Assembly (NCBI GenBank): GCA_945862035.1
Contig: CAMAXB010000001.1
Span: forward strand, 1 to 42,698
Source of the DNA: Opitutus sp. GAS368
GTDB lineage: Bacteria; Verrucomicrobiota; Verrucomicrobiia; Opitutales; Opitutaceae
DNA: 42,698 bases
Direction of reading: 5' to 3'
The number at the start of each line of letters is the position of its first letter. The first letter of the stretch is position 1. This document shows positions 36,739-42,698 of this stretch, one piece after another. The position numbers and the translations under genes are program-made. Under the pieces are notes generated by a model. It made no database searches. It was not told the DNA's origin and was given only the letters and a program-made list of their open reading frames with translations.

Positions 36739-36993
36739 ATGTCCGCTGGTTCCACTCCTCCCAATCCGTCCCCCGGCTCCAAGGATCCGCTCCATGGCGT
36801 GACGCTGGAGCACCTGCTGACAGTGCTGGTTGAGCGCCACGGCTGGGAAGGGTTGGCCGCGCGGGTCGACGTTCGCTGCTTCAAGTTTGATCCCAGCATC
36901 AAATCGAGTCTTCAGTTCCTGCGCCGCACCCCTTGGGCCCGAACCAAGGTGGAACAGATCTTCCGCGAAGAGGTCAGGCGTTCCGCCCCTTGA
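36739..36993 (+). CDS. DUF2132 (VF530-like) small DNA-binding-fold protein
   Basis: [57 protein letters not shown] matches the DUF2132 signature as I recall it. Confidence 0.75.
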   Translation: MSAGSTPPNPSPGSKDPLHGVTLEHLLTVLVERHGWEGLAARVDVRCFKFDPSIKSSLQFLRRTPWARTKVEQIFREEVRRSAP

Positions 36994-37070
36994 TTTTTTG
37001 GCGAAGTTGCTAAACTCAATTCCCTTTCGGCCCGACCGGGCCGCCTTCACTTCATCCCATTCCTCCCGCC

Positions 37071-38924
37071 ATGTCCACGCCAACGCCCACGCCACAGACC
37101 TACGAGTTTCAAGCCGAGATCAAGCAACTGCTCGATATCGTCATCCACTCGCTCTACACGGAGAAGGAAATCTTCGTGCGCGAGCTGGTTTCCAATGCGT
37201 CCGATGCACTGGAGAAGCTCCGCCATCTCCAGCTCACGGAGAAGGAAGTCTTTGACGACCAGGCCACGCTGGAGATCAACCTCACGACCGACGACCAGGC
37301 CAAGACGCTCACGATTCAGGACTTTGGCCTCGGCATGACCCGGGAGGAGCTGATCGAGAATCTCGGCACCATCGCACACTCCGGATCCAAGGCCTTCCTC
37401 AAGGCCCTGAGCGAGGGCGGCCAGAAGAACGCCAGCCTCATCGGGCAGTTCGGCGTCGGCTTCTACTCCGCGTTCATGGTGGCCAAGTCGGTCAAGGTCT
37501 ACAGCCACTCCTGGCGCGCGGGTGAACCCGCCCATGTCTGGTCCAGCGACGGCTCCGGCAGCTACGTGGTCGAGCCGGCCGAGGACCAGCGCCGCGGGGC
37601 CAGGATCGTGATCGAGCTCAAGGATGACTGCGCGGACTTCAGCCAGGAGTGGAAGATCAAGGAGATCCTCGAGCGCTACAGCGCGTTCGTATCCTTCCCG
37701 ATCAATCTCAACGGCAAGCGCATCAACACGGTTCAGGCGCTGTGGCTGCGCTCGAAGTCCGAGATCAAGGACGAGGAGTACACCGAGTTTTACAAGTTTC
37801 AGGCCCACGCCTTCGACGAGCCCCGCCTGCGTCTGCACTTCAGTGCGGACGCCCCGCTGCAAATCAATGCGCTGCTCTTCGTCCCGAAGGAGAACGTGGA
37901 GAAGTTCGGCATGGCGCGGTCGGAGCCCGCCGTCTCGCTCTACTGCCGCAAGGTCCTGATCGACGCCAAGCCCAAGGATTTGCTGCCGGAGTGGCTGCGC
38001 TTTCTCAAGGGTGTCGTCGACAGCGCGGATCTCCCGCTGAACATCTCGCGTGAGACGATGCAGGACCGCGCCCTGATCGAGAAGCTCAACAAGGTCATCA
38101 CGAAGCGCTTCATCAAATTCCTGTCCGAGGAGGCCAAGAACCGCCCCGAGGCCTACCATGAGTTCTACGGTCAGTTCGGCGTCTACCTGAAGGAGGGCGC
38201 AGCCCTCGACTTCACCCACAAGGACGAGCTGGTGAAGCTCCTCCGTTTCGAGTCCTCGCTCACGGAGAAGGGAAAGACCACCTCGCTCACCGACTACGTC
38301 TCGCGGATCGGCGCCGAACAGAAGGAGATCTATTACCTGATCGGGCCCAACCGCGAGGCGATCGAAAGCGGGCCGTACCTCGAGGCCTTCAAGGCGCGCA
38401 ATCTCGAGGTGCTGTTCTGCTACGAGCCGGTCGACGAGTACGTGATGAACAATGTGCGCGAGTTCGACAGCAAGAAGCTCACCGCCGCCGACCACTCCGA
38501 CGTGAAGCTGTCCGATCTGCCCAAGCCACCCGACGAGGGCGGCCTGACCGCGGACGAGACCAAGGGCCTCGCCGAGTGGCTCAAGGCTACGCTGGGTGAG
38601 CGGGTCGCCGAGGTGAAGGCCAGCGACCGCCTCGTCGATTCCCCCGCCCTTGCGCTCAATGCCGACAAGTTCATGTCCCCGCACCTGCGCCGCATGATGA
38701 AGGCGATGAATAAGGACGGCGGCGATGCGCCCCTGCGCGTGAATCTCGAGATCAACCCGCGTCACCCGCTGATGAAGCGCCTCGCCGCCTCCCGCACCGC
38801 CGCGCCCGACACGGCGGCGCTGGTCGCGGCCCAGGTCCTCGACAACGCCCTGATTTCCGCCGGCCTGCTCGAGGATCCGACAACCATGGTCAAGCGGCTG
38901 TATCAGCTGCTCGAGCAGGTCTGA
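37071..38924 (+). CDS. htpG: Molecular chaperone HtpG (Hsp90)
   Basis: YEFQAEIKQLLDIVIHSLY, ELVSNASDALEK and GQFGVGFYSAF. 617 aa. Confidence 0.95.
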   Translation: MSTPTPTPQTYEFQAEIKQLLDIVIHSLYTEKEIFVRELVSNASDALEKLRHLQLTEKEVFDDQATLEINLTTDDQAKTLTIQDFGLGMTREELIENLGTIAHSGSKAFLKALSEGGQKNASLIGQFGVGFYSAFMVAKSVKVYSHSWRAGEPAHVWSSDGSGSYVVEPAEDQRRGARIVIELKDDCADFSQEWKIKEILERYSAFVSFPINLNGKRINTVQALWLRSKSEIKDEEYTEFYKFQAHAFDEPRLRLHFSADAPLQINALLFVPKENVEKFGMARSEPAVSLYCRKVLIDAKPKDLLPEWLRFLKGVVDSADLPLNISRETMQDRALIEKLNKVITKRFIKFLSEEAKNRPEAYHEFYGQFGVYLKEGAALDFTHKDELVKLLRFESSLTEKGKTTSLTDYVSRIGAEQKEIYYLIGPNREAIESGPYLEAFKARNLEVLFCYEPVDEYVMNNVREFDSKKLTAADHSDVKLSDLPKPPDEGGLTADETKGLAEWLKATLGERVAEVKASDRLVDSPALALNADKFMSPHLRRMMKAMNKDGGDAPLRVNLEINPRHPLMKRLAASRTAAPDTAALVAAQVLDNALISAGLLEDPTTMVKRLYQLLEQV

Positions 38925-38942
38925 ACCGATCCCTGCAGACCT

Positions 38943-39011
38943 CACCACGGATGGACACGGATGAACACGGATTCGGTCGGGTCGGATTCCCTATCCGTGC
39001 GAATCCGCGTT
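38943..39011. repeat. Imperfect hairpin, CACGGATGAACAC flavour
   Basis: The units CACGGATGGA / CACGGATGAA / CACGGATTCGG lie at 38946-38976. Helix 38966-38972 pairs with 38993-38999, and helix 38955-38962 pairs with 39003-39010. It lies 3' of htpG. Confidence 0.55.
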
Positions 39012-39026
39012 TAACTCTGATTAACT

Positions 39027-39723
39027 TTGGAATCATCCCCAGGTGCCCTCGCCTTTGACCTATCTTTTTTCTTAGTTTTGGGATTGGCGAGGGGCCTCGC
39101 TGCGCAGTCGCCTGGCGCGGAGCTTTATCGCGACGATTTCAGCGGCGATCTATCGCAGTGGGTGGTCGAACAACAGCCCGGCGGCACGGTCCGGATCCGG
39201 GACGGTGCGCTGGAGATTGATGACGCCGCAGGCTGCACCGGGTGGTTCAGGACCAAGCTGACCGCGCCGGTGGTCATTACCTGTGAACTGACCTTCGTCA
39301 CCTCCGGCGGCCCGAACGACCGTTGGTCGGATCTGAACGGTTTCTGGATCGCCAGCGGACTTGTTCGCTGCGGGCCACGGCCGCAACGGGCTCTTCGCCA
39401 CGTACGATCCGCTGCGCACCTCCTACGTGGGCCACGGGGCAACACCCCTAAGACGACGCGCTTTCGCCGCTCCGACGGCACCGGGGCCCGCCCCGTGCCC
39501 CCGGAAATGAGCGCACAGGAGCGGAAGACCTGCTGACTGCGGGAGTAACCTACCAGATTCGCCCCGAGGCCAGGCCCGACGGTACAGTCCGCTCCAGCGC
39601 CAATGGACGAGTAATTCTTTATCGTTTTACTACCAACCGCTTAAGGATGTTTTGCTTGGCTTTCGTCCGATGGAAAGCCACGAGCGGATCCGTCACTTCC
39701 AGATCCTTCAAACCCGTCACTGA
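39027..39723 (+). pseudogene. DUF6250/DUF1080-like (LamG-fold) secreted protein gene with multiple frameshifts
   Basis: TTG-start ORF with RWSDLNGFWIAS. The family-like sequence then moves to another frame (NGLFATYDPLRTSYVGHG) and returns (GNTPKTTRFRRSDG). After the TGA at 39534-39536 it continues in two further frames (DLLTAGVTYQIR..., LGFRPMESHERIRHFQILQ) to the TGA at 39721-39723. Confidence 0.6.
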
Positions 39724-39744
39724 GCCGCATTCTCCCTGAAAAAT

Positions 39745-39772
39745 TTGCAAGGGTTTCGAGCTTCTTTATCGT
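39745..39772 (+). promoter_or_regulatory. Candidate sigma70-type promoter for the anti-sigma/ECF module
   Basis: TTGCAA (39745-39750), 16 nt, then TATCGT (39767-39772). This would give a near-leaderless transcript for the ATG at 39783. Pattern match only. Confidence 0.2.
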
Positions 39773-39782
39773 ATCATGAGGT

Positions 39783-40091
39783 ATGAAAGACCCACTCCAA
39801 GACCTCCTCCAGCGCTGGCGCCACGAGCCTCAGGCCAGTCCCGACTTCCAGGCCGGGGTGTGGGCGCGGATTGGGCAGGCGGACGCGGCACCTCGCAAGG
39901 TGACGGTGTTCCCCTTCCGCCTGATCCTGCCGCTCGCGGCGAGCCTCACGCTCATTGCCTCCGTGGCCGCAGGGGTGAGCACCGGCCTGTCGGTGGCGCG
40001 CAGCCAGACAGCGGATCGCATGGCCGCAAACTACGCGCGCTCCATTGATCCGCTCCTCAAGGCCTCCAACGATCACGTGCACCAGCCGTGA
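39783..40091 (+). CDS. Putative membrane-anchored anti-sigma-factor-like protein
   Basis: 102 aa with a single central TM (FRLILPLAASLTLIASVAAGV). It is co-directional with, and start/stop-overlapped to, the next gene in an ECF sigma module. Confidence 0.55.
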   Translation: MKDPLQDLLQRWRHEPQASPDFQAGVWARIGQADAAPRKVTVFPFRLILPLAASLTLIASVAAGVSTGLSVARSQTADRMAANYARSIDPLLKASNDHVHQP

Positions 40092-40522
40092 AGATCCTGC
40101 TTTCCTGCGCGCTGATCGCCCTCGCTGCGGGCCTGACGTCATTCGGCCTGACGCGCTGGGTCGCGTCCCAGCGGGCCCCGGCCGACGAGATGGCGTGGCT
40201 GCGCCAGGAATTTGCCCTCAACGCCCAACAGGCGGAGGCCATTGCCCGCCTGCACGCCCGCTACGGCCCCGTCTGCGATGAGCACTGCGCAAACGTCATG
40301 GCCACGCGCCAGCGTCTGGCCGGGCTCCCGCCCGGGACCCCCGCCCACGTGGAGGCCGCCGCCGAGATGGAAAGCCTCGCTCGCGTGTGCTCGGAGTCGA
40401 CGCGCCGTCACCTCGAGGCCGTGGCGGCCTTGATGGACCCGGCGCAGGGCGAGCGCTACCTCGCCCTCATTGGCGGCAAGCTCGCTGCGCACAACCACGC
40501 CGAGCCGCTGGGCTTGCGATGA
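40088..40522 (+). CDS. Periplasmic Spy/CpxP-like (heavy-metal-sensor-like) helical protein
   Basis: GTG start overlapping the previous stop (GTGA). It has a signal-anchor and a helical Ala/Gln-rich body. The family call is tentative. Confidence 0.55.
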   Translation: MKILLSCALIALAAGLTSFGLTRWVASQRAPADEMAWLRQEFALNAQQAEAIARLHARYGPVCDEHCANVMATRQRLAGLPPGTPAHVEAAAEMESLARVCSESTRRHLEAVAALMDPAQGERYLALIGGKLAAHNHAEPLGLR

Positions 40523-41067
40523 GCGATTCGCTCGACGCCGCCGACCTGCAGGCGCTTCAACGCGGCGAGAAGGCCGCGCTCGATCGCCTGATGGTGCGCT
40601 GGCAGATTCCGCTCCGCGCGTTTCTGTACCGCCATCTGGGCCACGACCACGATGCGCTGGACCTTGCGCAGGAAACCTTCGTCCGGATCTACCGTCATCG
40701 GGATCAGTTTCGGTCCGGGGCCCGTTTTTCCACCTGGATGTTCCAGATCGCGCTTAACCTCGTGCGCGATCAGGCCCGCCGCAGCCGTCGCCGGCCGACG
40801 GACGCCCTCGACGCCGGGCCCGAGCCGGTCTCGGAGTCCAGCCCGCCCGCCGACCTTGAGCGGGCGGAGTCCGTCGCCGCGGTACGCTCGGCGATCGCCG
40901 GCCTCCCGCCCGACTTGCGCGAGGCCCTGATCCTCTCCGAGTATGAGGATCTCTCCCACGCGGAGATCGGTGCCGTGGTCGGAGCCACGTCCAAGGCCGT
41001 GGAAACCCGGCTCTACCGGGCGCGGGAACTCCTCAGAAAGCAGCTGCAAAAGTGGATTCGGACCTAG
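40519..41067 (+). CDS. ECF-type RNA polymerase sigma factor (sigma-70 family)
   Basis: Region 2 DLAQETFVRIYRHRDQF...FSTWMFQIALNLVRD and region 4 LSHAEIGAVVGATSKAVETRLYRAR. The ATG overlaps the upstream stop (ATGA). Confidence 0.9.
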   Translation: MSDSLDAADLQALQRGEKAALDRLMVRWQIPLRAFLYRHLGHDHDALDLAQETFVRIYRHRDQFRSGARFSTWMFQIALNLVRDQARRSRRRPTDALDAGPEPVSESSPPADLERAESVAAVRSAIAGLPPDLREALILSEYEDLSHAEIGAVVGATSKAVETRLYRARELLRKQLQKWIRT

Positions 41068-41128
41068 GAGAGAGCGCATTGCGCTTCCGCCGCTTGCGCC
41101 GCCGGTCCGATCCGCGCATTTTCGCCCC

Positions 41129-42496
41129 ATGCCGTTTGTCTCGACCAATCCCGCCACCGGCCAAATCATTCGTCGTCACCGGGCGCACACGCCGGCTGAG
41201 ATTCAGGCGGCGCTAGCCCACACCCACTCGGCCTTCCTTGGCTGGCGGGAGCTGGCCCTGTCCGCGCGGAGCAGGCATATTTCCGCGCTCGGCCTGCAGT
41301 TGCGCCGCAACGCCGCCCCCCTCGCCGATCTCATCGTGGCCGAGATGGGCAAGCCCGTGGCCCAGGCCCGTGCGGAAATCGAGAAATGCGCGGCAACCTG
41401 CGACTACTACGCCCGTCATGGCGCCCGTTTCCTGAAGCCCGAACATCCGGTCGGCTCACCGCGCCACGCGCAAATCGTCTTTGAGCCGGTCGGCGTGATC
41501 CTGGCGATCATGCCGTGGAACTTTCCCTTCTGGCAGGTCCTGCGGGCCGCAGTCCCAGCGCTGATCGCGGGCAATACCTTTCTGCTCAAACACGCCCCGA
41601 ACGTGGCCGGCTGCGCCCTGGCCATCGAGGAGCTCTGCCGGCAGGCAGGCCTGCCCGCCGGCGTCCTGCGGACGGTCCTGGCCGAGACCCGGCACATCCC
41701 TCCCCTCATCGCCGACCCCCGGGTACGCGCGATCACCCTGACCGGCAGCACGCGCGCGGGACGCCAGGTCGGTGCGCTGGCGGGCGCCGCCCTGAAGCCC
41801 TGCGTCTTCGAACTGGGCGGATCGGACCCCTACCTCGTGCTGCCCGACGCCGACGTGGCCCACGCCGCCGCCCTCTGCGCCACCTCCCGGCTCATCAACG
41901 GCGGTCAGAGCTGCATCTCGGCCAAGCGCCTGATCGTGGTCGAGTCGCGGCGCGCCGAGTTCGAGGAATGCATCGTGGCCGAGTTCTCGCGCCGCCGTCT
42001 GGGCGATCCCACGCGGCCAGACACCGACGTTGGCCCGATGGCCCGCGCCGATCTGCGCCGCACCCTTCACGCGCAGGTGACCGCCAGTGTGCGCCGGGGT
42101 GCGCGCGTGCTCCTCGGAGGCCGGATGCCCAAGGGCCCGGGTTTCTTTTATCCCCCCACTGTTCTTTCGCAGGTGCAGCCCGGCATGCCCGCTCACGATG
42201 AGGAACTGTTCGGTCCTGTCGGCGTGATTATTTCCGTCCCCGATACCGAAGCGGCCATCGCCCTCGCCAATGCGACGCCCTATGGCCTCGGCGCGGCCGT
42301 GTTTACCCGCGACCGGCGCCTCGGCGAAAGTATCGCCCGGGAGCGCCTCGACGCGGGCATGGCCTTCGTGAACGACTTCGCCCGCTCCGACACCACGCTG
42401 CCCTTCGGCGGCGTCAAGGACAGCGGTTATGGGCGGGAACTGGGCCAGTATGGCCTGCGGGCATTCGTGAACACCAAGACGATCTGGGTGCGCTAA
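41129..42496 (+). CDS. NAD(P)-dependent aldehyde dehydrogenase (succinate-semialdehyde dehydrogenase-like)
   Basis: 455 aa from the ATG at 41129. Motifs WNFPFWQV, FELGGSDP (catalytic Glu) and GQSCISAKR (catalytic Cys). Confidence 0.9.
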   Translation: MPFVSTNPATGQIIRRHRAHTPAEIQAALAHTHSAFLGWRELALSARSRHISALGLQLRRNAAPLADLIVAEMGKPVAQARAEIEKCAATCDYYARHGARFLKPEHPVGSPRHAQIVFEPVGVILAIMPWNFPFWQVLRAAVPALIAGNTFLLKHAPNVAGCALAIEELCRQAGLPAGVLRTVLAETRHIPPLIADPRVRAITLTGSTRAGRQVGALAGAALKPCVFELGGSDPYLVLPDADVAHAAALCATSRLINGGQSCISAKRLIVVESRRAEFEECIVAEFSRRRLGDPTRPDTDVGPMARADLRRTLHAQVTASVRRGARVLLGGRMPKGPGFFYPPTVLSQVQPGMPAHDEELFGPVGVIISVPDTEAAIALANATPYGLGAAVFTRDRRLGESIARERLDAGMAFVNDFARSDTTLPFGGVKDSGYGRELGQYGLRAFVNTKTIWVR

Positions 42497-42591
42497 GCTC
42501 CTCCTCCGGTGACAATTGGGTGCCCGGGTCAGTTCTTTCTGGTTCCGCCCAAGCGGTCGGTTATGGTCACTGCCTTTCCGGACTTTCGGCC

Positions 42592-42698
42592 ATGGCCAAG
42601 CGCACCCCCCGTACTCCTGTCAGTTCTCCGCCCGTCGATGAGACCGGGGTGTCGGTTCCGGACTGCCTGACCACCAGCGTCAGTCCGCCGGAACTGCC
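42592..42698 (+). CDS. Possible 5' end of a gene running off the window
   Basis: An ATG at 42592 opens the frame MAKRTPRTPVSSPPVDETGVSVPDCLTT... to the window end. It is too short to evaluate. Confidence 0.2.
   Translation, partial: MAKRTPRTPVSSPPVDETGVSVPDCLTTSVSPPEL

Noticed and set aside
36625-37095. N-terminal 157-codon extension of the 833-aa minus-strand ORF. Similar upstream extensions occur on the ORFs at 5910-6089, 5932-6099, 13940-14209, 20465-20617 and 2487-2642.
   Set aside because: The extensions overlap well-supported genes on the other strand (DUF2132, the htpG start) or divergent upstream regions. They lack signal or family features, and internal ATGs give proper signal peptides or canonical N-termini.

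Overview
High-GC (roughly two-thirds G+C by eye) bacterial chromosomal segment. The gene content (sulfatase, BNR/Asp-box hydrolase, a TIGR03067-type protein, several lipoproteins) and the style of the intergenic hairpins suggest a PVC-superphylum organism, possibly Verrucomicrobiota/Opitutales-like. That placement is inference only. I support about 40 protein-coding genes. These include a CaCA Ca2+/Na+ antiporter, a beta-lactamase-family hydrolase, an M20 peptidase, hemolysin III, a 737-aa EF-hand/TM protein, DUF3750, an arylsulfatase plus a BNR hydrolase, and a class B acid phosphatase. One long minus-strand run reads vapB-vapC-parE-S41 peptidase-parC. The rest include TPR proteins, a TIGR02466 oxygenase-like protein, a SeqA-like protein, dgkA, an SDR, an LptF/G permease, a livJ-livJ-livHMGF transporter cluster, DUF2132, htpG, an anti-sigma-like/periplasmic/ECF-sigma module and an aldehyde dehydrogenase. 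Three genes look decayed: a histidine-kinase fragment, a frameshifted AsmA/DUF748-like gene and a multiply frameshifted DUF6250/DUF1080-like gene. I saw no rRNA, tRNA, CRISPR array, transposase or integrase. The observations I rate highest are these. (1) A clear SeqA-family protein in a non-gammaproteobacterial-looking context. (2) A family of intergenic hairpins whose arms are short, degenerate, purine-rich tandem units. They occur in several sequence flavours with one architecture; one subfamily folds only as plus-strand RNA (G.U pairs), and one AT-rich nested copy lies inside the liv operon over the livF start codon. (3) A large uncharacterised protein with a canonical EF-hand loop and glycine-zipper TM segments. 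All family assignments come from motif recognition and memory, not from database searches.
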